Positions 30,907 through 41,459 of a stretch of 62,546 bases of DNA are shown here, piece after piece. The stretch is from Meiothermus sp. (lineage in GTDB: Bacteria; Deinococcota; Deinococci; Deinococcales; Thermaceae). The notes beneath the pieces are model-generated. The model was not told the DNA's origin. It did not search any database and worked only from the letters and a program-made list of their open reading frames with translations. The stretch lies in NCBI GenBank assembly GCA_033762915.1, contig JANRLD010000088.1, positions 1 to 62,546 of the forward strand, read 5' to 3'. Both the position numbers and the translations under genes were made by a program. Position 1 is the stretch's first letter, and each line of letters begins with the position of its first letter.

Positions 30907-31033
30907 GGACACCGCCCAAGGCACCGCTCAAACCGCGTGACGCAAAGCGCGAGATGTCAGACACGAAAGCAAAACAGCTCAAGTCAAACCCCATGATCTC
31001 TCCCCACTTCTACCCGCCCCCAGCTCCTCCGCC

Positions 31034-31606
31034 CTACTTAACTCGCACGATCTTCCCCGCCGATGTCCAGACCTGCACCCGCCGCCCCAGCACCCTCGAG
31101 GCCTTCTCCGCAAGGCCGTCATCGGCCTTCAAGTCGTCGGAGACGCTTTGCAGCAGGCTCGAGTTCTCGGGGGGAGCCAGCCCGGGTTGGCGCTCGAGGA
31201 CCGCGTCGAGCTGCCATCGGCTGGCCCACAGGCGCTTAAGCGCCCACAGCTTTTCCTGCTTGCCGGTTTCGAGGGCGAAGGGGGCCTCGCCCGCATGGCG
31301 AATCAGCACCTTGCCCCCCGGCGCGGCGGCCCGGATCTCGTCGGCCCGCTCGGGCAACATGTAGGATTCGCGCAACAGCCGCTCGGCCTTTTCGCAGGCG
31401 GCCTCGAGCTTGGCCTCGTCAAGGCGCGCACCGAAGACGCCCTCGAAGTAGCGGTGTATCTGCTCGGCCAAGTTGTTCTGCTGGTAGAACTCCGCCTCCA
31501 CCCCCACCAGCACCAGCGTCACGGCGACCTCGAGACCCCCCGCCTCGAGCCGCTGGAGCTGCCCCACCTCGCCCTCTGCTGGGGCTTTGCTCAGGGAAAA
31601 AATCAC
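31034..31606 (-). CDS. Hypothetical protein, weak similarity to PEP synthase/PPDK N-terminal domain
   Basis: TAAGCT -10 before the GTG. ALKRLWASRW motif. Confidence 0.55.
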   Translation of the reverse strand: MIFSLSKAPAEGEVGQLQRLEAGGLEVAVTLVLVGVEAEFYQQNNLAEQIHRYFEGVFGARLDEAKLEAACEKAERLLRESYMLPERADEIRAAAPGGKVLIRHAGEAPFALETGKQEKLWALKRLWASRWQLDAVLERQPGLAPPENSSLLQSVSDDLKADDGLAEKASRVLGRRVQVWTSAGKIVRVK

Positions 31607-31799
31607 GCTCAATAGCTTACAGCGGTGTTGGGTGGGACGTCGAACGCAGAACCCAAAACCCTGAGAACCAAACCCAGAAGGCTCGACGCAAGGCTTTAGC
31701 GTTGGCGGCATTGCGGGGGCGCACTGTCGCTGCAAGCCCAGATCAAGCGAAGCGGCGCTTTCGCAGCGAAACATCTCCCATGGGCGAACACACAGCCCC

Positions 31800-31997
31800 T
31801 ATCGCGTTCCCCACCCTTACCTCCCTTGCGGCGGCAGGAAATGTACTCCCTATCGCGTTTCCTACCCATACTCCGCCCACGGTTCGGAGAACTGCACTCG
31901 GTACGGCAAAAACCGCCATACCGAGTGTTCGTGGCAACCGCTCTACAGCAAAACCGCCGGCTTTAGCGCCTTAGGGAGTATGCGTAGGGACCGCTCT
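31800..31997 (-). repeat. REP-like modular repeat, family A (longest copy)
   Basis: Two tatcgcgtt(t)cc modules, the cactcggtacggcaaaaaccgccataccgagtg hairpin and ctttagcgcc..agggagtatgcgt. Confidence 0.8.
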
Positions 31998-32296
31998 AGG
32001 TGATGAAAAGTTGACGGAGATTGCCACCATCAAACCGGCGGCCTGGACACCCCTCGGAAATTCGTCGCTCCACTGCACGACTGAGCCGCAGAGCGCTGCC
32101 TTCTGCTGTGCGTGACCACGGTTTTGGTGGGGCAAGTTTGGGCGCTTTCAAAAAACCTTATCGGGGTCTCGAGCCCAACGCCCCCTGGCCAAAATCCACA
32201 CACCTCCATCGGTCTGCCCCGGCCTACCACAAACTCGAGCCCAACCTTGGTAAATTTGCCCTCAACTTTGCCGACCTGTCCTGCCACAATGGGGGG

Positions 32297-34066
32297 ATGA
32301 AACGATTGCTTGCGGCAGGGTTACTCTTGTTTTCGCTCGGACTGGCCCAGCCGGTCCCGATGACCCGGTACTTCCCCGACAACGCGCTGGCGACCCTCGA
32401 GCTCAACGACCTCCAGGGGGCGGTGGACCAAACCGGGCAGTTCGGCGAGGAGACCATCCGCACCCTGACTCAGCTGGCAGGCACCAGCCTGCAGGAGTTG
32501 TCGGACGAACTGAGTCGCGAGGCGGGGATGGGGGCCCTTTCCAACCTGGGGGTGCGGGCGCTGCTGGGCTCGCTGCGCGACGCGACGGTGGCCCTGTATA
32601 GCGGCGGCACTTCTGGCGAGCCGATGTTCCTGGCAGCGGCCAAGGTGGGCCAGTTCGGGGTGATCGGCCAGTTGCTGCGGGCCGGGGTCAACGACGGCCT
32701 GAAGAACCCTAGAGCCGCCCGCCTGCGCGAGGGCAACTTTGTGGCCATCAAGGACGGCGACGTGTGGTTTGGGATGGAGTACGGGCTGGTGTACCTCTCT
32801 TCCAACCCCGACCTGCTGCGCGGCTACCTGCGCCGCCTTCGGGGCCAGAACCTGCCGGTGCTGACCAGGGGAGCCGCGTACAAGGCCGTGATGGACGGGG
32901 TGGGGCCCGGCTGGGCGCGCTACTACTTCAACCTGGGTGGCATCGCTCAGTGGCTCTCGCGCAGCCCGGATGCCAGGGAGGTTCCCCCTCGAGTGTTCGC
33001 CGTGCTCCGCACCCTTAACCTGCACGGCGCAGCCCAGCGCCTCACGGCGGCGGGGGTGGAGAACCGCACCCTATCGGTCCTGAATCCGGGCGGGGGCGAC
33101 CCTGAGCTGTTCCGACTACTCACCTACAGCCCGGAGCGCCTGGAGCTGACCGCCCAGCTCCCCGCCCAAACCAACGGTGCTGCCATGGTCGCACTGGACA
33201 CAGCGGGCTGGCTCAGATACATCGGCAGCTGGGCCGACCTGGCCCTGGCCGAGGGCGAGGCCAGGACCGAGGAGGTCGAGCAAGTTAAGCAGGTCTTGGG
33301 CGAACTCGAGGGCCATCTGGGCACCGAGTTCGGCATCTCCTCCAGCGCCAACGGCGTACGCACCCTCACCCGCAGCGCCCTGCTGACCGGAGGTCTGGAC
33401 GCCCTAAGCGACGACCCCGTGACCGAGTTCGTAAGCGGCCTGACCTCGGCCCTCGACGCCAACCTGCTGTTCGCTCAGGTCAAGGACGGGCCCGCCGCCC
33501 TCGAGGTCCTGGAGAGCGCCATCCGCACGCAACTCGAGGGCCTCTCCACAACAGGAACCCGCCAGACCCTGGAACGCATCGAGCTGTTGGGGAACCCAAC
33601 CCTGCACCTCAACATCCGCATCAACACCGAAGACAGCGGCCAGGGCCGCGGATCCAGCCGAAACGTCACCCCACGCCCGGCCCTGAACTTCGACTACTAC
33701 CTGGTCGCCAAGGGCAACGTGCTGTGGCTTGGGGGTAACAGGGAAGACCTCGAGGCCGCCCTCCGCGCCCCCGCTCTAGCCGCCGACCCCGCCTTTAACG
33801 CCCAGCGCTGGCCCACCCGCCCCGCCGCCCTCAACTTCGCCCTGCCCTTGCGCCTCACGGCGGAGCAGGTCAATGAGCTGATTGACTCCTTTGCGGGCCA
33901 GTTCGACCCCGAGGCCGCCCAGCAGATCCCTCAGAACCTCCGCCAGATCGCGGTCAACTGGGTGGTTAATTGGTCGAGCCGCAACGGCGTCACCGCCGGC
34001 CACTCCACCGTGAGCGGCAACCGGGTGCAGACCTATAGCTTGAGCGAGTTCAGGTGGGGCAGATAG
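32297..34066 (+). CDS. Secreted hypothetical protein
   Basis: MKRLLAAGLLLFSLGLAQ signal peptide; about 590 aa. Confidence 0.75.
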   Translation: MKRLLAAGLLLFSLGLAQPVPMTRYFPDNALATLELNDLQGAVDQTGQFGEETIRTLTQLAGTSLQELSDELSREAGMGALSNLGVRALLGSLRDATVALYSGGTSGEPMFLAAAKVGQFGVIGQLLRAGVNDGLKNPRAARLREGNFVAIKDGDVWFGMEYGLVYLSSNPDLLRGYLRRLRGQNLPVLTRGAAYKAVMDGVGPGWARYYFNLGGIAQWLSRSPDAREVPPRVFAVLRTLNLHGAAQRLTAAGVENRTLSVLNPGGGDPELFRLLTYSPERLELTAQLPAQTNGAAMVALDTAGWLRYIGSWADLALAEGEARTEEVEQVKQVLGELEGHLGTEFGISSSANGVRTLTRSALLTGGLDALSDDPVTEFVSGLTSALDANLLFAQVKDGPAALEVLESAIRTQLEGLSTTGTRQTLERIELLGNPTLHLNIRINTEDSGQGRGSSRNVTPRPALNFDYYLVAKGNVLWLGGNREDLEAALRAPALAADPAFNAQRWPTRPAALNFALPLRLTAEQVNELIDSFAGQFDPEAAQQIPQNLRQIAVNWVVNWSSRNGVTAGHSTVSGNRVQTYSLSEFRWGR

Positions 34067-34161
34067 TCGGCGGCGTGAAGCCGATCATGGGCCAACAGGG
34101 GAAACCTCGAGGCCTTGCCTGCGCCCCACGCCTTGCCCTCCACTCCCTTATGCTGTAGCCC

Positions 34162-34920
34162 GTGCGGGTCATCACCCTCAACCTGAACGGCATTCGCTCG
34201 GCGGCCTCGAAAGGGGCGCTGGAATGGCTGGAGCAGCAGTCCGCAGACGTGATCTGTTTTCAAGAAGTGCGGGCTCTGGGGCATCAGCTTCCGCTCGAGC
34301 TCGGCCAGCTGCCCAAGCACCAGCACTGGCACTACGCCCAGAAGCCCGGGTACAGCGGGGTAGGGCTATTGTGCCGTAAAAAACCGCTGCGGGTGACGCT
34401 GGGGTTCGGCTCGAGGTTCGACCTCGAGGGGCGAACGGTGCGGGCGGACTTCAAGGACCATACAGTGATCTCGGTTTATGTGCCCTCTGGCTCGTCGGGG
34501 GAGGTGCGGCAGGCCGAAAAGATGGTCTTTCTGGCCGAGTTCCTGCCCTACCTGGCCGGGCTACTCCGGGAGGGGCGGGAGGTGGTGGTGTGCGGCGACT
34601 TCAACATTGCCCACCGGCCCATCGACCTCAAGAACTGGCGCTCCAACCAGAAGAACTCCGGCTTCCTGCCCGAGGAGCGGGCATGGCTGGATCGGCTGCT
34701 GGAGGAAGGCTACGTGGACACCTTCCGGCGGGTGGTGGGCGAGACCGAGCATTACTCCTGGTGGAGCGCCCGCGGCAGCGCCCGGGCCAACAACGTGGGC
34801 TGGCGCCTGGACTACCAGTTCGCCTCCCCCGCCCTGGCCCAGACCGCCCATCGCGCCCAGATTCACGGCACCCCGGTGTTTTCCGACCACGCCCCAGTGG
34901 TGATCGACTACCGGACTTAA
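34162..34920 (+). CDS. xth: Exodeoxyribonuclease III / AP endonuclease
   Basis: NLNGIRSA, QEV, GYSGV, CGDFNIAH..ID, GWRLDY, SDHAP. Confidence 0.95.
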   Translation: MRVITLNLNGIRSAASKGALEWLEQQSADVICFQEVRALGHQLPLELGQLPKHQHWHYAQKPGYSGVGLLCRKKPLRVTLGFGSRFDLEGRTVRADFKDHTVISVYVPSGSSGEVRQAEKMVFLAEFLPYLAGLLREGREVVVCGDFNIAHRPIDLKNWRSNQKNSGFLPEERAWLDRLLEEGYVDTFRRVVGETEHYSWWSARGSARANNVGWRLDYQFASPALAQTAHRAQIHGTPVFSDHAPVVIDYRT

Positions 34921-35024
34921 GTCGCTCCCGCTGAAACGCACTGCGCCGTCGCCCCACAGGCCGACCGCGGGCCGAAAGTCCCCTCGCGATGCTGCTAACC
35001 TTGCTCGCAAATGGACATACCGAC

Positions 35025-35156
35025 ATGGCGGCCCAACCCAACAACACCAAAGTACCCCTCCGGTCGGTCGCGCTGCCCAACGAGCACGGCGGCTGGGGGT
35101 TCACCCTCGAGCCGATCCTCCTGGGCCTGCTGGTCGCGCCTGGTGAAGCGCCATAA
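35025..35156 (+). pseudogene. Truncated YwiC-like membrane protein remnant (43 aa)
   Basis: MAAQPNNTKVPLRSVALPNEHGGWGFTLEPILLGLLVAPGEAP*. The P.EHG.W motif is typical of YwiC-like N-termini. Stops at the terminator. Confidence 0.55.
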
Positions 35157-35192
35157 AAAGAGGCCGGGGATTTTCCCCCGGCCTCCGGCTTT
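35155..35192. terminator. Bidirectional-looking intrinsic terminator
   Basis: aaaaa-gaggccgggg-atttt-c-ccccggcctc stem between convergent genes. Confidence 0.75.
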
Positions 35193-35198
35193 GCGGGC

Positions 35199-38100
35199 TT
35201 ACCTAAAGCCAAACAGCCGCTCGTCGAAGAGCCAGTCGAGGCGCAAGTAGAGGCCCGGCTGCGACTGGAAGGAGCCGATGGTGCCGTTGGTACCCAGGAA
35301 GTTGAAGCCGGCCGAGAAGATCAGGCCGTCGGCCACGCGCAGGCTGCCCTCGAGGCCCAGCCCCAGCTCCCCTATTCCCGCGCTGGTGAGGTAGCTGGCG
35401 TTGGCCCCCAGGCCGAAGACGTCGGTCAGGTACCAGGTGAAGCCCGCGCCGATCTGGAAGGCGGCGGAGCTGCCGCTGGGCAAGCCCAGACCCGACAGGC
35501 GGGTGGCCGCACCGGCGCGGAGGTAGAAGCGCTCGTCGGCCTGATAGCCGGCGCGTACCTCGCCCTCGAAGAGGGTGCCTCCGAAGTTGTTATAGAAGCC
35601 ACCGCGTAGGATGTTTTGGGTCAGGATGCTGAGCTGGTTGGCCCGGATGGCGGCGGCCAGCGAGAGGCGGGCGCCGTCCTGACCGCCAAAGTCGCGGGTG
35701 TAATCGGCGGCGGGCGAGAGGATGAAGGTCTCGGAGAGGCGGAAGGCCCCCCGCAGCCCGATGACCGTCTTGAGACCCGGGGTTCCGGCGCGGGTGGCCA
35801 CTTCGGCGTTGGCGCTGGCCCGCAGGTCGGTGCCACTCTCGAGGCGCAGTCCTACGTTTCCGCTCAGGCTGTTGCCCGCCGGGTCGCCCAGCACGGCAGT
35901 GCCGCCGAGGTTGACCGAGAGTGCCGAGGAAAGCGGGATGGAGGTGTCGAGGCCCACGCGGGTGCGCCCAGCGTCGCCGGAGAGGTTGGGCAGCTCGTAG
36001 GTAGCGGTGATGTTGGTGCTGCCCAGGTCGCGGGCTTCGGGATCGGCGGCTTCGGGGGTGTTCCCCAGCAGGGTGCGGATCAGCTCGCTGTTGCTAAACC
36101 CGCCGCGCACGCCCAGCAAGCCCTGGTTGTAGATGCCGCTGCTGAGGTAGTAGAGGCTGTTTTGCAGCCGTAGCCCGAAGTGGCGGTTGAGGGCCAGGTC
36201 GAGGGTTAGGTCGGTTGCGTTGGGGGTACCGATGCGCTGGCGGATGCCGAAAGTGAGGTTGCCCAGCGGCACCTCGAGGCCCAGCGAGCCGTACAAGTTG
36301 CTGGCGCTCAGGCCGTTGGTCTGGCGGGTGGCGTCGAGGCCGAAGCCGCCGCCCACGCCCGCGAAGAAGGAAAGCTCGCCGGGGCTGCCCAGTCGGCCCT
36401 CGAGGCTATAGCGGTTTTCGGCCCGGCGGGCGGCGTCGTAGGCTTGGCTCAAGCTGTAATTGGCGCTGAGGGTGACGGCTCCCAGGCGGAAGGCGGCCCG
36501 GGCCGCCAAGTCGCGCCCGCCGGTCTGGACGCCAGTGAAGGCGCGGGGGTCGAGGAAGTTGGGGGCGATGTCTTGGTAGGCCAGGCTGAGGTCGAAGTTA
36601 TCGGTGTCGAGGCCCAGGTTGGCGGCACCGCTGGCCAAGCCCAGGTTGGAGAGGTTGGAGAGCAACTCGGCCTCGGCCTTTAGACCGCCCGTGCCCAGCC
36701 GCAACCCGAAGCCCACCAGGTTGGACTGATCGGCGGCGAGGGAGAGGTTATTGCCGTTCAGGCTGAGCACAGTAGCGCGTACACCGAAGCTGTCCGAACC
36801 GAGGTCGGCTTGTACACCGGCCCGCAGGGTCTGGGCCGGGTCGCCTACCGCGAACGCCACCTCGAGGCTTTGCGGGTTTCCGTTGAGGTCGAAGCGGGGC
36901 AGCGGGCGGAACAGCTCGACCACACCCGCGACGTAGTCCACCCGGTAGTCGGAGCGGTTGAAAAGCTGGCGGCTGACGGTCAGGTTGGGGTTGTCGCGGT
37001 TGGACACCACCAGTACCACCTGCTCGCTGCCGGGCACCAGGTTGGAGGCGCCCAGGCGGTAGACGGAGGTGCCGTCGGCGGGCAGCGCCACCAGACGGTT
37101 GGCGTTGGGGGCCAGGGCGGCGAAGGCGTTGAGATCGAAGCCCTCGGAGTTCACCACACCCTTAAGACCGTTGTAGCCAGCGCCGTAGCCGGAAAGCAGG
37201 CCGCTGAAGCCGGCGTTCATCTGGCCGTATTGCAGGTAGTTCTGATCGAGCTCGAGCCTCAGGAAGACCGAGTCGCTGGAGTTGCTGTAGGTGCCCTGGA
37301 GACCGCCGTCACCGGTGAGGGGGAAGCGGAAGTAGGGGTTTTCCTCGCTGAGGCGCAGGGTGCGGCTCGAGAAGGCGAAGCCGCTGCCGTCCAGACCCGC
37401 GCCAGTGTTCACCGCGCCGGTGAACAGCGCGTCGCCCAGGCTGCCGCGCCCGAAGGCGTTGAGGCTGCTCTGGAGGGTGAAGGGGCTGGTCGCGCCAAAG
37501 TTGAGATTGGCCTGGATCGAGAAGGCCCCGACCGCCGTGAAGGGCCGCTCGGCGGCGGTCACGTCGAAGCTGTCCTCGAAGCGCTGGTCGCCCGCGGTGG
37601 CGATCACCGTCACCCTGTCGGGCGAGCCGGGAGCGAACTGACCAAGGCCGGTGATGCCGCTCTGGTTGAGGCTCGAAAGGCGCACCGTGCCTTGGCCATC
37701 CCGGATGGCCACCTGGTAGCCGGGAAGGTCGGGTGCGGCGTCGGGGGTAAGGGGCTCGGGGGTCACCGCCAGGGTGACGTAGGGGACGTTGGCGGGTCGA
37801 CCGTTGGGGTCGCGCACCACCACGGCCAGGGTGTTCTGATCGGCCCGCTCGGTGGTCAGGGGGCCGAGTGGGTAGACCACCAGCTCGCCCACGGGGGCCT
37901 CGGCGAGGTCGGCGCGGCGCACCACGCTGCCGGGAATGCCGCCGATGGGGACGGCCGATAGGAAGCGCTCGAGCACCGAAAGGTCGCCGGAGAGCAGGCG
38001 CAGGTCGCCCAGGCTGCCCAGCACGGCCTGCCCGTTGGGGGTACGCGGCGCGCCAGCCGAGCGGGACTGCGGAAGCTGCAACAGCACGCCCACCCGATCA

Positions 38101-41100
38101 GGGGGCAGCTGGATGGCGTCGCGGTGGCTGACCCGGTAGCTGAGCAGGTACTCGTCCAGCAGCGGGCCGGGCACCGTCCAATAGACCCGGTTGCCCGATA
38201 CCAGGGGATCGGCCAGGGGAACGCTGGCGGCGGCACGGTTGGGGGTGTTGATGACCGCCGGGTCGAGGGTCTCGGCGGCGGTACGGGCCTTGCGCTGAAG
38301 CCTCGAGCTGCCCATCACGTACTGGCTGCCCTCGGGGATCAGGTCGGAGAGCACCACCACGCCCGAGGTCGGGGTGGAGGCCAGCCGGGTGGCCAACGTG
38401 ACCTCGGTCTCGCGCTCACGCGGCGGCAGACCGCGCACGGTCACAGTGGCGGTGGAGGGCTCGGTTGCGGGGGTGTCATTTACGAAGACCCGCACCGTGT
38501 TGGGGTAGGTGCCCTCGCGCTCGGGTCGGGCGGTCACGTTCAACCGGTTTTCACCCGGCTGGAGGGTCAGGCGCTGGTTCTCGTCGGGGGTCAGGCGCAG
38601 CTCGGTGGTGCCGCGCAAGTCGGCTACCACGGGTCGGTTGAGCGGGTTGGTGACCACGATGGCAAAGCGGGCCTCGCGGCCAGGCCGAACCACCGGGGTA
38701 TCCGTGGTCTTGCGCAGCAGCAAGTTGACCCGCTCAAAGGGGGTCTGGGCGGTCAGGTTGGGCTGCACCGGCGAGGTCAGAACGGCGTTGAGGTTGGCTT
38801 TGGCGTTGGGGCCGGGGGTGGTGCGGGCGTCGTAGCAGTGTTCGCGGGTTTGGGCCGGGGCCAGGTTGCCCGCAAAGCCGGGGGCCTGCACCGGGGACAA
38901 GAGATCGGTGGGGTTGTCGGTGAGGAGGTAGTCGCCCGCGGTCTCGCCCACGTTACGCACCTGCAAACAGACCCGGGTGGTCTCGCCGGGGATGGCCGGG
39001 TTGGGAGTCAGCGGGGTGCGGGTCAGCTCGAGCCGGGCCGGAGCAGGCCGGGTCACGGTGACGGTGGCGGTGGAGATGGCGTTGACGCCCTGATCGGTCA
39101 ACGCGGCGGCGGTGTTCACCACCGCGTCGGGCGCGTTGTCGGTAACGACCACCTCGCGGGTGAAGGTACGGCTCTGACCGGGCTCGAGGGCGAAGCGCTC
39201 GTTAACCGGCTGGCCCTGTAGCCCCTCGGCCAACGGGTCGCTCAGCGTCACCGGGTCGAGCCGGACGTTGCCGGTATTGGTCACCACGAAGGTGTAGGTG
39301 ACCCGAGTACCCGGACGGGCGTTCTCAGGGCTGACGGTCTTGGTGAGCTGGATGTTGGGCTCTTCCGGCGGCGCGGCGGGCGGGCGGGTTACGGTAAGGG
39401 TGGCGGTGTCGATGGCGTTGACGCCCTGGTCGGTAGTGGCGGCGGCGGTGTTGACGACAGACTCGGGCGCGGCCTCGGTGACCACTGCCTCGCGGGTGAA
39501 GGTGCGGCTCTGGCCGGGCTCGAGGGCGAAGCGCTCGTTAACCGGCTGGCCCTGTAGCCCCTCGGCCAACGGGTCGCTCAGCGTCACCGGGTCGAGCCGG
39601 ACGTTGCCGGTGTTGGTCACCACCAGGGTGTAGATCACCCGGTCGCCGGGCTGGGCGGTCTCGGGCGCCACGCGCTTCTCGAGGGTCAGACCCGGGGTCC
39701 GGTTAACCGTCACGGTGGCGTCATCGGTGACCCGCAGCCCGCCCTCGGCGGTGGCGGTAGCGGTGTTGAGGATGGAGTCGGGCGCATCGGCGGTGACGGT
39801 GGCCTCGCGGGTGACCACCCAATTCTCGCCGGGCTGGAGGCTGAAGCGCTCGTCCACGGGGTTGCCGCTGATCCCACGGGCCAGCGGGTCCACCAGGCGC
39901 ACCTCGTTCAGCGGCACATTGCCGGTGTTGGTGACGGTGATGGTGTAGGCAACGGTGTCGCCGGGCTGGGCCTCGGTCGGCTCGACCGACTTCTCGATGG
40001 TCAGGGCGGGGCGTGCGGTGACGGTGATGGGGGCGGCGGCAACGGCACAATCGCCTGGCTGGAGGCTGGCCCGGACCTGCCCGGAAACCGAACCCGCGGC
40101 CGAAACCGTGAAGGGGATCTCAACCGGGTTGCCCGCACTGACGCGGCCCTCGAGCGCCCCGGCAGTCTCGAGCGTCACCCCATTAGGCGCCGTGAGGGCC
40201 AGCCGGAAGGGGATCGGTTGGGGGAAATCGCTCGATATGACCACCCTGCCCTCGCCGCTCTCGCCGGGCTCGAGGGCGAAATTGGCGGGCTCGAGGCGGA
40301 TGCTGGGGGTGGTCTGGTAGACCAGGGTGGCGCTGGCGGTCTGTCCGTTGGCGACCTGGACGGTCACCGGCTGGGTGGTCGCGCCCGCGATAGCCGCCGG
40401 GGTCAGGGTGTAGCTGCCCGGAAGTACGACCAGTTGGGCTGGGGTTTGGCTGGTCTGCGGGCCACCGCTCTGGTAGTTGAAGTTGGCGGTAATGGGGGTA
40501 TCCACCGCACAGCTCCGCACCACCGCGTTCACGTTGATGGTGCCCTGAGGCGGATCGCCGGGAACCTGGGGGATCTCTACAAAGATGGGGAAGCGGAAGC
40601 CGATGGAGTTGGAGAACTGAACCGTGGTGGGAAGAATGCGCACCACGATGACCCACTCACCGACGTCCTGCTGGGTGATGGTGAAGTCGTTGGCGGCCCA
40701 CTGGGTGTTGCCCGAGGGGGTCAGGGCGGCGCGGCGGTTGCCAGGGCGGATGGCGGCGAGTTGCACCTCGCGCGAACCGTCGGCATCGTAGTTCTCAATC
40801 TTGAACGGTTTGCCCACCCAGTCCGCGCCGAGGTTGAAGCGCGCGATCACTTGATCCTGGTTGAAGCGCCCGCGCCGCACGAAGGTGAACTGGCTGGCCT
40901 CGACCGCGCTGCCCCTCGAGACCCTGAACCCGAAGCCGTTCTTGCCTTTGCCCTGGGTCAGGGCCTGGATGGGGTAGGTGCCGGGGGCCAGAACCCCCTG
41001 GTACAACTCATCGAAGCGGTGGGTGTTGGAAGTCCCGTAAGACTTCTCGGCCAGCTTGGCACTCTTGTCCGTGTTGAAGAGGGTGAAGCTGGTGGAGACC

Positions 41101-41459
41101 TGCAGCCCGCGCCCGTAGATCTCGTCGCCGTAGAAATTCTGGGTAAGGTCGCGGGCCGGGGCGTAGTCGTTGAGGTTGATGTCGGGGCTGTACAACTCGA
41201 GCTGAACCGGGCGGTTGGGGTTGCCCGCCAGAGGCGATACCCTCAGCCGGTAGTTGTCGTTGAACTCCGTCCAGGGCGCGTCCGGCCCCGGGGCAGAGAC
41301 CGGGGGGGTGGGGATGCCGGAGGTCTGAGCGGTGGAGGCGTTGAGGCTCCAAACCCCCACCGCCGCCAGCGCAGCCAGGCCCCACTTCCACATAGAGGAT
41401 CGGCTAATCATGGCAGGAATCTGCATCGCAGACGCGGGTTTTGGTTGAGGCCTTCTCAT
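35199..41459 (-). CDS. Giant DUF11 repeat surface protein with C-terminal outer-membrane beta-barrel-like region
   Basis: Several L..EK.V.P..A.PGD.V.YT..VTNTGNV repeats. The last ~700 aa are amphipathic beta strands. ATGA overlap with the upstream gene. Confidence 0.8.
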   Translation of the reverse strand: MRRPQPKPASAMQIPAMISRSSMWKWGLAALAAVGVWSLNASTAQTSGIPTPPVSAPGPDAPWTEFNDNYRLRVSPLAGNPNRPVQLELYSPDINLNDYAPARDLTQNFYGDEIYGRGLQVSTSFTLFNTDKSAKLAEKSYGTSNTHRFDELYQGVLAPGTYPIQALTQGKGKNGFGFRVSRGSAVEASQFTFVRRGRFNQDQVIARFNLGADWVGKPFKIENYDADGSREVQLAAIRPGNRRAALTPSGNTQWAANDFTITQQDVGEWVIVVRILPTTVQFSNSIGFRFPIFVEIPQVPGDPPQGTINVNAVVRSCAVDTPITANFNYQSGGPQTSQTPAQLVVLPGSYTLTPAAIAGATTQPVTVQVANGQTASATLVYQTTPSIRLEPANFALEPGESGEGRVVISSDFPQPIPFRLALTAPNGVTLETAGALEGRVSAGNPVEIPFTVSAAGSVSGQVRASLQPGDCAVAAAPITVTARPALTIEKSVEPTEAQPGDTVAYTITVTNTGNVPLNEVRLVDPLARGISGNPVDERFSLQPGENWVVTREATVTADAPDSILNTATATAEGGLRVTDDATVTVNRTPGLTLEKRVAPETAQPGDRVIYTLVVTNTGNVRLDPVTLSDPLAEGLQGQPVNERFALEPGQSRTFTREAVVTEAAPESVVNTAAATTDQGVNAIDTATLTVTRPPAAPPEEPNIQLTKTVSPENARPGTRVTYTFVVTNTGNVRLDPVTLSDPLAEGLQGQPVNERFALEPGQSRTFTREVVVTDNAPDAVVNTAAALTDQGVNAISTATVTVTRPAPARLELTRTPLTPNPAIPGETTRVCLQVRNVGETAGDYLLTDNPTDLLSPVQAPGFAGNLAPAQTREHCYDARTTPGPNAKANLNAVLTSPVQPNLTAQTPFERVNLLLRKTTDTPVVRPGREARFAIVVTNPLNRPVVADLRGTTELRLTPDENQRLTLQPGENRLNVTARPEREGTYPNTVRVFVNDTPATEPSTATVTVRGLPPRERETEVTLATRLASTPTSGVVVLSDLIPEGSQYVMGSSRLQRKARTAAETLDPAVINTPNRAAASVPLADPLVSGNRVYWTVPGPLLDEYLLSYRVSHRDAIQLPPDRVGVLLQLPQSRSAGAPRTPNGQAVLGSLGDLRLLSGDLSVLERFLSAVPIGGIPGSVVRRADLAEAPVGELVVYPLGPLTTERADQNTLAVVVRDPNGRPANVPYVTLAVTPEPLTPDAAPDLPGYQVAIRDGQGTVRLSSLNQSGITGLGQFAPGSPDRVTVIATAGDQRFEDSFDVTAAERPFTAVGAFSIQANLNFGATSPFTLQSSLNAFGRGSLGDALFTGAVNTGAGLDGSGFAFSSRTLRLSEENPYFRFPLTGDGGLQGTYSNSSDSVFLRLELDQNYLQYGQMNAGFSGLLSGYGAGYNGLKGVVNSEGFDLNAFAALAPNANRLVALPADGTSVYRLGASNLVPGSEQVVLVVSNRDNPNLTVSRQLFNRSDYRVDYVAGVVELFRPLPRFDLNGNPQSLEVAFAVGDPAQTLRAGVQADLGSDSFGVRATVLSLNGNNLSLAADQSNLVGFGLRLGTGGLKAEAELLSNLSNLGLASGAANLGLDTDNFDLSLAYQDIAPNFLDPRAFTGVQTGGRDLAARAAFRLGAVTLSANYSLSQAYDAARRAENRYSLEGRLGSPGELSFFAGVGGGFGLDATRQTNGLSASNLYGSLGLEVPLGNLTFGIRQRIGTPNATDLTLDLALNRHFGLRLQNSLYYLSSGIYNQGLLGVRGGFSNSELIRTLLGNTPEAADPEARDLGSTNITATYELPNLSGDAGRTRVGLDTSIPLSSALSVNLGGTAVLGDPAGNSLSGNVGLRLESGTDLRASANAEVATRAGTPGLKTVIGLRGAFRLSETFILSPAADYTRDFGGQDGARLSLAAAIRANQLSILTQNILRGGFYNNFGGTLFEGEVRAGYQADERFYLRAGAATRLSGLGLPSGSSAAFQIGAGFTWYLTDVFGLGANASYLTSAGIGELGLGLEGSLRVADGLIFSAGFNFLGTNGTIGSFQSQPGLYLRLDWLFDERLFGFR
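39060..39650 (-). repeat. Near-identical tandem duplication of a DUF11 module (336-nt offset)
   Basis: About 90 nt identical (gggctcgagggcgaagcgctcgttaaccgg...gttgccggt) at ~39180 and ~39516. Confidence 0.85.
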
